Source of the DNA: Burkholderiaceae bacterium
GTDB lineage: Bacteria > Pseudomonadota > Gammaproteobacteria > Burkholderiales > Burkholderiaceae_C
Assembly (NCBI GenBank): GCA_044225675.1
Contig: JBGAIH010000022.1
Coordinates: forward strand, 6,018-70,017
Direction of reading: 5' to 3'
DNA length: 64,000 nucleotides
Of the stretch, positions 19,513 to 29,603 are shown piece by piece. The notes under the pieces were generated by a model that was not told where the DNA came from, did no database searches, and saw only the letters and a program-made list of their open reading frames with translations. The translations under genes and the position numbers were made by a program. Each line of letters starts with the position of its first letter. Positions within the stretch are counted from its first letter, which is position 1.

Positions 19513-19540
19513 ACCCGAGCCCTCACCCGAGCCCTCACCC
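19513..19540. repeat. 12-bp direct repeat acccgagccctc x 2.3 upstream of dnaG
   Basis: Copies at 19513-19524 and 19525-19536, plus a partial copy. Confidence 0.85.
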
Positions 19541-19560
19541 GCAACACCGCCGTCCCGCCC

Positions 19561-21483
19561 GTGGCCATTCCCCAGTCATTCCTGCAGGAACTTCTCTCGC
19601 GCACCGACGTGGTCGAGGTGGTCGGCCGCTACGTGCAGCTCAAGAAGGCCGGCGCCAACTTCATGGGCCTGTGCCCGTTTCACGGCGAGAAGTCGCCATC
19701 GTTCTCGGTCAGTCCCACCAAGCAGTTCTACCACTGCTTCGGCTGCGGCAAGAACGGCAACGCGATCAGCTTCCTCATGGAGCACGCGGGCATGAACTTC
19801 GTCGAAGCCGTCAAGGATCTCGCGCAGCAGCACGGCATGCAGGTGCCGGAAGACGACGCCAGCCCGCAGGACCGCGCCCGCGCGGCCGAGCAGCGCCAGA
19901 AGCAGGCGACCCTCACCGACGTGCTCGAGAAGGCCGGCGAGGCCTATCGGCGCCACCTGCGCAATTCGCCGCGCGCCATCGACTACTTCAAGGGCCGGGG
20001 CGTCTCCGGCGAAGTCGCCAAGCGCTTCGGCCTGGGCTATGCGCCCGAAGGCTGGCGCAGCCTGGCCAGCGTGTTCCCGAACTACGACGATCCGCTGCTG
20101 GTCGAAAGCGGTCTGGTCATCCTCAACGCCGAGGACGGTGGCGAGGAAAAGCGCTACGACCGCTTCCGCGACCGGGTCATGTTCCCGATCCTCAACATCA
20201 AGGGCGAGTGCATCGGCTTTGGCGGCCGGGTGCTCGGCGAAGGCACGCCCAAGTACCTCAACTCGCCCGAAACGCCCGTCTTCAGCAAGGGGCGCGAGCT
20301 GTACGGCCTGTTCGAGGCCCGCAACGCGCTGCGCGAACATGGCTATGTGCTGGTCACCGAGGGCTACATGGACGTCGTCGCACTCGCGCAGCTGGGCTTT
20401 CCGAATGCCGTGGCCACGCTCGGCACGGCCTGCACCACCGACCATGTGCAGAAGCTGTTCCGCTTCACCGACGCCGTGGTGTTCAGCTTCGACGGCGACG
20501 CCGCCGGCCGGCGGGCCGCGCGCAAGGCGCTCGATGGCGCCCTGCCCTATGCGAGCGACGTGCGCAGCGTGAAGTTCCTTTTCCTTCCGCCCGAGCACGA
20601 CCCCGACAGCTTCATTCGGGAATTCGGCCGGGACGCGTTCTCGCGCTACGTGAGCGAAGCCACGCCGCTGTCGCGCTTTCTGATCGAGTCCGCCCGTGAG
20701 GGCTGCGACCTCACCACGGCGGAAGGCCGCGCCCACATGGCGGCCAATGCCCGGCCGCTGTGGACCCAGCTGCCCGAAGGCGCCCTCAAGCGCCAGCTGC
20801 TGACCGAGATCTCCGATCTGGTCCAGCTCACGGGCGCCGAGCTGACCGAGATCTGGGCGCAGGCCTCACGCGGTCGCGCGGAACGGCCCGCCCGCCGCCA
20901 CCCTGAAAGCGGCAGCGCCCCTGGCGACGGCGGCGACGACGGCTGGCGCGACCCGATGGGCGGCGGCGAACCCCGCCGCAGCGGGCGCGGCGCGTCGCGC
21001 ACCCGCCCGCAGGGAGGCAGCAGGCCGCCCCGGACCGCGCCGGCCAGCCGGGCGGACCACGCGGCGCGGCTGCTGCTGGGCAACCTGCAAGCCTGGGACA
21101 GTCTCTCGAGCGAAGACCACGCCATGCTCTCGGAACTGCCGGCGCCGCATGGGCCGCTCTTCGTCTGGCTCGAAGGCCAGCTCCATGAGCACGGTGCCCA
21201 GCCCTGGAGCGCGCTGCGCGAGAGCCTGCGCAGCCTGGAATTCGGCGAACTCGCGCTGCGGCTGATGCAGTTCGCCCCCCCGGAGGAAGACGCCGTGCCT
21301 GCGGCCGAAGCCTTCCAGGAGCTGCGCTCGCTGCTCAACCTGATGCTGGTCGACCGCCTCAAGTTGCTCGAAACCGAGGCCCTGATGGCAGGCAAGAGCG
21401 ATCCGGCCGCCCTGCAGCGCTACCGGGAGCTTCAGGAGCGCCGACGTGCTCTCACGGCGCCCGGATCCAGTGCGGCCCCTTGA
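19561..21483 (+). CDS. dnaG: DNA primase DnaG
   Basis: ORF 19222..21483. Probable GTG start at 19561 (VAIPQSFLQELLSRTDVVEVVGRYVQLKKAG). Zinc finger CPFHGEKSPSFSV...YHCFGCG and a TOPRIM domain are present. Start is uncertain. Confidence 0.85.
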   Translation: MAIPQSFLQELLSRTDVVEVVGRYVQLKKAGANFMGLCPFHGEKSPSFSVSPTKQFYHCFGCGKNGNAISFLMEHAGMNFVEAVKDLAQQHGMQVPEDDASPQDRARAAEQRQKQATLTDVLEKAGEAYRRHLRNSPRAIDYFKGRGVSGEVAKRFGLGYAPEGWRSLASVFPNYDDPLLVESGLVILNAEDGGEEKRYDRFRDRVMFPILNIKGECIGFGGRVLGEGTPKYLNSPETPVFSKGRELYGLFEARNALREHGYVLVTEGYMDVVALAQLGFPNAVATLGTACTTDHVQKLFRFTDAVVFSFDGDAAGRRAARKALDGALPYASDVRSVKFLFLPPEHDPDSFIREFGRDAFSRYVSEATPLSRFLIESAREGCDLTTAEGRAHMAANARPLWTQLPEGALKRQLLTEISDLVQLTGAELTEIWAQASRGRAERPARRHPESGSAPGDGGDDGWRDPMGGGEPRRSGRGASRTRPQGGSRPPRTAPASRADHAARLLLGNLQAWDSLSSEDHAMLSELPAPHGPLFVWLEGQLHEHGAQPWSALRESLRSLEFGELALRLMQFAPPEEDAVPAAEAFQELRSLLNLMLVDRLKLLETEALMAGKSDPAALQRYRELQERRRALTAPGSSAAP

Positions 21484-21499
21484 AAAGCCCGCACAACGG

Positions 21500-21505
21500 T
21501 ATAAT
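21500..21505 (+). promoter_or_regulatory. Consensus -10 hexamer tataat, about 250 nt upstream of rpoD
   Basis: ggtataatg lies immediately after the dnaG stop. No clear -35 was assigned. Confidence 0.3.
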
Positions 21506-21755
21506 GTAGGGTTTGCTACTCGGCAAGAGCGACAGCAGCACCTCCGGACACCGGCCAACCGTGGACAGACAGCGCCCGACCCGCCAACTCCCCGCAAGGA
21601 CTGCACACCAAATGTTCGCCCAGACATCTTGCCCATGAAGTGACGGAAATCGGCAGCCCCCAAGGCCGCTCCCGTTCCGTGCTCTTCACCACCCGCGCCG
21701 GGATGACAGTGGCGCTTTTGTGTTTCTGAGTTCGTCTTTGTCCTGAGGTACCTCC

Positions 21756-24095
<2,340 letters not shown>

Positions 24096-24129
24096 ACGGA
24101 CCGAACTTCCACTGGCATCCCGCCACCCC

Positions 24130-24159
24130 AAAAAAACGCCCTTCGGGGCGTTTTTTTTT
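24130..24159. terminator. Bidirectional rho-independent terminator between rpoD and the ligB-like gene
   Basis: A7-cgccc-ttcg-gggcg-T9. Confidence 0.8.
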
Positions 24160-24178
24160 GGACCGGTCACGGGCCGCT

Positions 24179-25021
24179 TCAGCCGTCGAGCGCCTCCAGC
24201 GCCATCATGCCGGCAGCCGTATTGGAAATCGGGATGTGGTAGTTCGTGTGCACCTTGCGCACACGTCCCGGCACGGCGGCCCGCGTGGCGAGCCACATCA
24301 GCAGCTCCACGCCCTGCGTGCCCGTCTTCTCCACGAGTTCGCGGATGCTGAACTGCGTCGCCCATTCCGGCTCGTCCACCAGACTGTCCATGAACTGCAG
24401 GTCGAAGTCCTTGTTGATGAAACCGGCGCGCTGGCCGTCGAGCTGGTGGCTCAGTCCTCCCGTTCCGATGATGACGACGCGCGCGTCGCTGTCCCACGAC
24501 GCAATGGCCTCACCCACCGCCTTGCCCAGGGCAGCGCAGCGGCGGGCCGAAGGCAGCGGGAACTGCACGGTGTTGATGCAGATCGGGACGGTGAGGACCG
24601 GGCAGACATCCTCCGGCCAGAACAGCTTGAGCGGCAGCGTGAACGCGTGGTCAACCTTCATCTCCTGGCAGGTGGTGATGTCGAACTCACAAGCGACCAG
24701 ATGCTCGACGATGTGCCACGACAGCTCCGGCGCGCCGAGGAAGGGTGGCAGGGTCGGCAGGCCCCAACCTTCGTCGGCATTGCGGTAGGCCTCCGCAGCC
24801 CCGACGGCGAAGGTCGGCATCTTGTCGAGGAAGAAGTTCAGCCCGTGGTCGTTGTAGAACACCACGGCAATATCGGGCCGGACTTCGCCGAGCCAGGCAC
24901 GCACCGGCAGAAATCCGTCGAAAAACGGCTTCCAGTACGGCTGGGCCTCCAGCCCGCGGGCCATCGCGCCGCCGATGGCCGGCACATGCGACGTGGTCAG
25001 GCCGCCAATGATCTTTGCCAT
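24179..25021 (-). CDS. Class III extradiol dioxygenase beta subunit, LigB-like paralogue
   Basis: ORF 24179..25309 trimmed to ATG 25021 ([18 protein letters not shown]...NDHG...DHAFTLPL...GTGGLSHQL). It is collinear with the PmdB/LigB gene at 30624..31487. Confidence 0.8.
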   Translation of the reverse strand: MAKIIGGLTTSHVPAIGGAMARGLEAQPYWKPFFDGFLPVRAWLGEVRPDIAVVFYNDHGLNFFLDKMPTFAVGAAEAYRNADEGWGLPTLPPFLGAPELSWHIVEHLVACEFDITTCQEMKVDHAFTLPLKLFWPEDVCPVLTVPICINTVQFPLPSARRCAALGKAVGEAIASWDSDARVVIIGTGGLSHQLDGQRAGFINKDFDLQFMDSLVDEPEWATQFSIRELVEKTGTQGVELLMWLATRAAVPGRVRKVHTNYHIPISNTAAGMMALEALDG

Positions 25022-25032
25022 GCTGCGCTCCT

Positions 25033-25476
25033 TCAGGCGAGGGCCGCAGGGGATGCGGCCAGGGGTTCGGCTGCTGGCGCCATGGCTGCAGGCACCGCAG
25101 CGGACACGGCCCGGTGCGGGCGCGGCGTGACCGGCTGCGCGTTCTGCGCGACCAGACGCGCCTTGAACTCGTCCTTGCTCAGACCCGTCTGGGCGGCGCC
25201 CAGGTCCTGCACGTCCAGACCCCAGATCCCGGCCAGCTTGGCCAGGTAGTAGACGTTGCCACCAGCCTCCAGCATCGCGAGCACGTCCTTGCGCCGGACG
25301 GCGTCGCACTGCACGGCGCTGAGCCCGAAGGACGCCATGTACGCCTCCGGGTCCTGGCGGAAGGCGGCGCGGGCGCTCTCGTCATTGAAGGAAAAGCACA
25401 TCTTGTTGAGTGCATAGCCCTTGCGGGCCTGTACGCCGTCGAACAGGATGGTGCCTGGTATGCAGGCAGATGGCAT
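25033..25476 (-). CDS. LigA-like dioxygenase alpha subunit paralogue
   Basis: ORF track. GTILFDGVQARKGYALNKMCFSF...GGNVYYLAKLAGIWG parallels the LigA gene at 31523..31972. Confidence 0.75.
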   Translation of the reverse strand: MPSACIPGTILFDGVQARKGYALNKMCFSFNDESARAAFRQDPEAYMASFGLSAVQCDAVRRKDVLAMLEAGGNVYYLAKLAGIWGLDVQDLGAAQTGLSKDEFKARLVAQNAQPVTPRPHRAVSAAVPAAMAPAAEPLAASPAALA

Positions 25477-25559
25477 GGGATGTCTCCGTCAGTGGTGCCT
25501 GCGCAGTATGGAGGGGCGTGCCAGCCGCCGCTCTGATGCAGGTCAAGCCTGCTGCAGGG

Positions 25560-27005
25560 TCAGCCCGGACGCGCCAGCGGCAGCGTGATGCGGACCTCGA
25601 GCCCCGGCGCGGCATTGCGCAACGCAAGCTCGCCGCCATGCGCCAGCACCACCAGCCGGCACAGGTAGAGGCCGAGGCCGACGCCCCCGGTGGCGCGGCC
25701 GCGTGAGGCGTCAGGCCGATAGAAGGGCTCGGCCAGATGCGGCAGCACCGACGCATCGACCCCGGCTCCGTGGTCGCGCACGACCACCGCGAGCACATCG
25801 CCCTCCACCCGCATCGACAGTCGTACGGCGGGCTGCGCCGGACCGCCGTGGCGCAGCGCGTTGTCCAGCAGGTTGCGCAGCAGCAGGCGCACGCGCGTCG
25901 GATCCAGCTGCAGGAGCGGAAGGTCGGGGGCGATGTCGGCCTGCACCAGGGCCGCAGCCCCTCGATCTGCCGGCGCAACGTTGCCGGCCTCATCCGGTCC
26001 GCCCTCTTGCCCGCTCTCCTGCCCGCCTTCCTGCCCGCCCTCCGGTGCGTCGCCCGACCCGCCCGCCGCCGGATCGCCCAGCGACGCGATCACCTCGCGC
26101 GCCAGCGCACCCGCGTCGACCGTCTCCAGATGCAGCGCGGCGTGGCCCTGCCCGAGCCGCTCGCTCTCCAGCAGGTCGGTCACCAGGTCGCGCATCTCGG
26201 CCAGGTCGCGCAGCAGGGCCTGACGCTGTGCCTGAACGTCGGGCGTTTCGGGCAGCAGCTCGGTGTTCAGGCGCGCGCGCGTGAGCGGGCTGCGCAGTTC
26301 GTGGCTGATGGCCAGCAGCAGGCCCCGCTTGGCCTCCAGCATCTGGTGCAGGCTGCCGGCCATGGCATTGACGTCGCTGGCCAGCTGGCCGAGTTCGTCG
26401 CGCCGGCGCACCGGAATCGGCTCGCCGAACTCGCCGCGGCCGAACCGGCCTGCGCCGTCGCGAATGTCGTCGAGCGGCTTGAGCAGACGGCGCACATACG
26501 CATGGGCCAGTGCGGTGAGTGCCAGCAGCACCGCCAGCGTGATCCAGCCCACGCGGCGCGGCTGGTTCTGCCAGACGCGCAGGCTCAGCGCGAACTGCAC
26601 GCGATGCCCGTCGGCCGTCGTGCGTTCGAGCAGCGGCATCTCGCGCTCCTCGCCGAACCGGCTCTTGCCCCAGTGGCCCGCCGGCTCCTCGTCCGACTGC
26701 CAGTTGACGGCCGGCCCGGTGATGCGGATCGCCAGCGGCAGGCGCGCGGCGAGTGCGCGGGCCCGTTCCTCGCTGGGCGGCGAGCCGACATCGGCGGCGA
26801 GACGGTCGACATAGTCGGTCAGCAGCGGCCGCGCTGCGTCGCGCCAGCCGATGGACAGCGCCTTCTGCATGCCGAAGAGAAAGGTCCCGGCCAGGCCGAC
26901 GGCCAGCACCAGAAAAAGCGCGACCAGCCGCCAGCGCAGCGAATGGCGCAAGGAGTGGCGCATCGCATGGTGCGCCCGGTGCCAGCGCTTCAGCCGCTCA
27001 GGCAC
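25560..27005 (-). CDS. Sensor histidine kinase (2 TM, HAMP, HisKA, HATPase_c)
   Basis: ORF track. H-box SHELRSPLT, N-box LLRNLLDNALRH, G-boxes DHGAGV and GVGLGL. Its start overlaps the RR stop. Confidence 0.85.
   Translation of the reverse strand: MPERLKRWHRAHHAMRHSLRHSLRWRLVALFLVLAVGLAGTFLFGMQKALSIGWRDAARPLLTDYVDRLAADVGSPPSEERARALAARLPLAIRITGPAVNWQSDEEPAGHWGKSRFGEEREMPLLERTTADGHRVQFALSLRVWQNQPRRVGWITLAVLLALTALAHAYVRRLLKPLDDIRDGAGRFGRGEFGEPIPVRRRDELGQLASDVNAMAGSLHQMLEAKRGLLLAISHELRSPLTRARLNTELLPETPDVQAQRQALLRDLAEMRDLVTDLLESERLGQGHAALHLETVDAGALAREVIASLGDPAAGGSGDAPEGGQEGGQESGQEGGPDEAGNVAPADRGAAALVQADIAPDLPLLQLDPTRVRLLLRNLLDNALRHGGPAQPAVRLSMRVEGDVLAVVVRDHGAGVDASVLPHLAEPFYRPDASRGRATGGVGLGLYLCRLVVLAHGGELALRNAAPGLEVRITLPLARPG
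26001..26043. repeat. 12-bp tandem repeat x 3.5 inside the kinase gene, encoding EGGQEGGQESGQEGG
   Basis: gccctcttgccc / gctctcctgccc / gccttcctgccc / gccctcc, read directly. Confidence 0.85.
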
Positions 27006-27678
27006 GCGCCACCGCCAGCGAGTAGCCCGCGTTGCGCAGGGTCTTGATGCAGTCGAGCGGCTCCAGCTTGCGGCGCAGCCGGCTCACGACGATGTCCACC
27101 GCGCGGGTGTACAGCTCGGCCTCGTGGCCCCGCAGCTGGTTGAGAATGTCGTCCCGGCTGAACACCCGGCCGGGCTCGCGCGCCAGCAGGTGCAGCAGCT
27201 CGAACTCGGTGCCGGTGAGCTCGACCGGCGCCCCCTGGCGCTGCACCGAGCGCGTGGCCGGATCGATCACCAGACCCTCGAACACCAGAGCGCCCGCCGC
27301 GGCGCGACCCGCGCCCGTGCCACGTCGGCGCAGCACGGTCTGGACCCGTGCCACGAGTTCACGGGGCTCGAAGGGCTTGGGCAGGTAATCGTCGGCGCCG
27401 AGCTCCAGGCCAACCACGCGGTCCATCACGTCGCCCCGGGCCGTGAGCATGATGACGGGTACGTCGCTGTCCTTGCGGATCGTGCGGCACAGCTCGAAGC
27501 CATCCATCTCGGGCAGCATCACGTCAAGGATGGCGGCATCCCATCCGCCCTGGCGCAGTCGCGCCAGGCCGGCACTGGGCCGAAGCGCCTGCTCCAGCTG
27601 CATCTCGAAACGCGCGAAGTACGTGGCCAGCGGCGGGCCGAGCTGCTCGTCGTCGTCAATCAGCAGGATGCGGGTCAT
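26998..27678 (-). CDS. OmpR-family response regulator
   Basis: ORF 26998..27927 trimmed to ATG 27678 (MTRILLIDDDEQL...DVMLPEMDGF...LTARGD...DDYLPKPFEPRELVARV), with a winged-helix C-terminus. Confidence 0.9.
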   Translation of the reverse strand: MTRILLIDDDEQLGPPLATYFARFEMQLEQALRPSAGLARLRQGGWDAAILDVMLPEMDGFELCRTIRKDSDVPVIMLTARGDVMDRVVGLELGADDYLPKPFEPRELVARVQTVLRRRGTGAGRAAAGALVFEGLVIDPATRSVQRQGAPVELTGTEFELLHLLAREPGRVFSRDDILNQLRGHEAELYTRAVDIVVSRLRRKLEPLDCIKTLRNAGYSLAVARA

Positions 27679-27949
27679 GGAGCGGATTGTCCCACCGGCT
27701 GCGATGCGCCACGATGGCCGCGCGCAGCCTGCGCTGGCGCGGCGGCGGCAGTCCGTCGTAGGCATCGGCTGCCGCCAGCACGCGCGGCAAGGCCTGCGGC
27801 CGCGCGGCCAGCAGGGCCCGGGCATGCTCGCGGTCGAAGCGCGAATCCCAGACCATCGCGAGCAGCTCGGCGTGCGGCCCGTCGCGCGTGGCCAGCAGGG
27901 CATCGCCCTGCGCGCGCAGGCCGGCAAACAGCGTGTGGACGCGGTTCAT
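27656..27949 (-). CDS. Leaderless truncated paralogue of the adjacent LTXXQ (Spy/CpxP-like) protein
   Basis: ORF track, with high third-position GC in frame. It aligns by eye with the C-terminal two-thirds of 27963..28424 (LRAQ..AL, FDR..A.AL, AAAD.YD.L.P.Q). No signal peptide. Confidence 0.55.
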   Translation of the reverse strand: MNRVHTLFAGLRAQGDALLATRDGPHAELLAMVWDSRFDREHARALLAARPQALPRVLAAADAYDGLPPPRQRRLRAAIVAHRSRWDNPLHDPHPAD

Positions 27950-27962
27950 CGCGGCCCCGCGC

Positions 27963-28424
27963 TCAGCCGCGATGCCAGCCGCCGCGGCGCTGCATGAAGT
28001 CGCGCACCTTCTGCTGCTGGGCCGGATTCAGGCTGTCGTAGAAGTCGGCAGCAGCTGCAATGACCTCGGGGCTGCCGCTGGTGATGGCCGCGGTTTTGCC
28101 GGTCACCAGGGCCTGCGCGCGGGCCCGGTCGAACTTGTCGCCGGCCACCAGGGCCTGCACCTCGGCTCGCGGGTCGGCCGTGCCGCGCAGCGCGGTGCGC
28201 TGAGCCTGCAGCCTGTCGGCCAACACGTTGAGCCGGGCCTTCTGCTCGGCGGTGAGGTCGAGCTTGCTGCTGACGCGCTCGATCATCTTGTTGCGGAACT
28301 TGGCTGATTCTTCCGCGCTCATCTGCCAGCCGCCCTCGTGGCGATGCCCGCAGGCGCTCAGCCCGCCGAGAACGATGGTGGCGCCGAAGATGCCGAACAG
28401 GGTGCGCTTGATCCAGGGTCGCAT
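27963..28424 (-). CDS. Spy/CpxP/LTXXQ-family periplasmic protein, probable lipoprotein
   Basis: ORF track. Signal plus GGLSAC lipobox; LDLTAEQKARL and LNPAQQQKV are LTXXQ-type motifs. Confidence 0.75.
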   Translation of the reverse strand: MRPWIKRTLFGIFGATIVLGGLSACGHRHEGGWQMSAEESAKFRNKMIERVSSKLDLTAEQKARLNVLADRLQAQRTALRGTADPRAEVQALVAGDKFDRARAQALVTGKTAAITSGSPEVIAAAADFYDSLNPAQQQKVRDFMQRRGGWHRG

Positions 28425-28523
28425 GGTGAAGTCCTTGAGGAGTGGTGTTGAACAAGGACTCCATCTTCCCGGCCCGCGCCCGCCGGGTCTTCTCGGCGCG
28501 GTTTCGGTTTGTTTCGTTTTATG

Positions 28524-29528
28524 TCAGTCGAAGCGCTCGGTGTCGACCTCGCGGCTGGACTGCTCGGGGTAACGGTCGCCGGTGACGGTCTGCTGGTTCA
28601 CCAGCGCTTCGAGCCGCTCCACCAGGCCCGGCGCGAGCTGCACGCCGTCGGCGCCGAGGTCGTCCTGCAGATGCGCCAGCGAGGTCGTCCCCGGAATCGG
28701 GATGATGTGCGGGGCCTTGTGCAGCAGCCAGGCCAGGGCCAGCTGGGCCGGACTGCAGCCGGCCTCGCGCGCCAGCGCGTTGTAGCCCGGCAGCAGGCGC
28801 AGGTTGGCGGCGAGATTGTCGGGCGCGAAGCGCGGCATCGGGCGGCGGATGTCCTTGGCGTCGAGCGCAGCGGCGTCGGTCACGGCGCCACAGAGGAAGC
28901 CGCGAGCCAGCGGACTGAAAGCCACGAAGGCCGCGCCAATGTCGCGGCAGGCCTGCAGTACGGCGATCTCCGGGTTGCGCGTCCACAGCGAGTACTCGGT
29001 CTGCAGCGCCGTGATCGGATGCACCGCATGGGCCCGGCGCAGCGTGGTCGCCGACACCTCGCTCAGGCCCAGCGTGCGGACCTTGCCGGCGCGCACCAGG
29101 TCGCTCATGGCACCGACGCTGTCCTCGATCGGTACGCTCTTGTCCCACCGGTGCAGGTAGTACAGGTCGATCACGTCGGTCTGCAGGCGCCGCAGGCTGT
29201 CCTCGCAGTTGCGGCGGATCGTCTCGGGCCGGCCGTCGATGACGCGGCGCACCACGCCGTCATCCCCCGCGACGCCGGCCATGCCGCCCTTGCTGGCCAG
29301 CGTGAAGCGCTGGCGATGGGGCTTGAGCACGCGGCCTACCAGCGTCTCGTTGGCGCCGAAGCCATACAGGGCCGCGGTGTCGAACAGCGTCACGCCTGCG
29401 TCCAGCGCCGCCAGCAGCAGCCGCTCGCCCTGATCGGGCGCCGGCGGCGTGCCATAGGCATGGCTGAGGTTCATGCAGCCCAGGCCGATGGAAGACACCT
29501 GGAATGGACCGAGTGCGCGCGTCTGCAT
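28524..29528 (-). CDS. Aldo/keto reductase
   Basis: ORF 28524..29582 trimmed to ATG 29528 (MQTRALGPFQVSSIGLGCMNLS...FDTAALYG...DLYYLHRWD). Confidence 0.85.
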   Translation of the reverse strand: MQTRALGPFQVSSIGLGCMNLSHAYGTPPAPDQGERLLLAALDAGVTLFDTAALYGFGANETLVGRVLKPHRQRFTLASKGGMAGVAGDDGVVRRVIDGRPETIRRNCEDSLRRLQTDVIDLYYLHRWDKSVPIEDSVGAMSDLVRAGKVRTLGLSEVSATTLRRAHAVHPITALQTEYSLWTRNPEIAVLQACRDIGAAFVAFSPLARGFLCGAVTDAAALDAKDIRRPMPRFAPDNLAANLRLLPGYNALAREAGCSPAQLALAWLLHKAPHIIPIPGTTSLAHLQDDLGADGVQLAPGLVERLEALVNQQTVTGDRYPEQSSREVDTERFD

Positions 29529-29603
29529 GGTGGAAATGTTCCTTCTGGGGTAAGGGCGTGGACGGTCTTGCAATGATCGCATGGACGGCGCCGCGCCGGC
29601 CGC

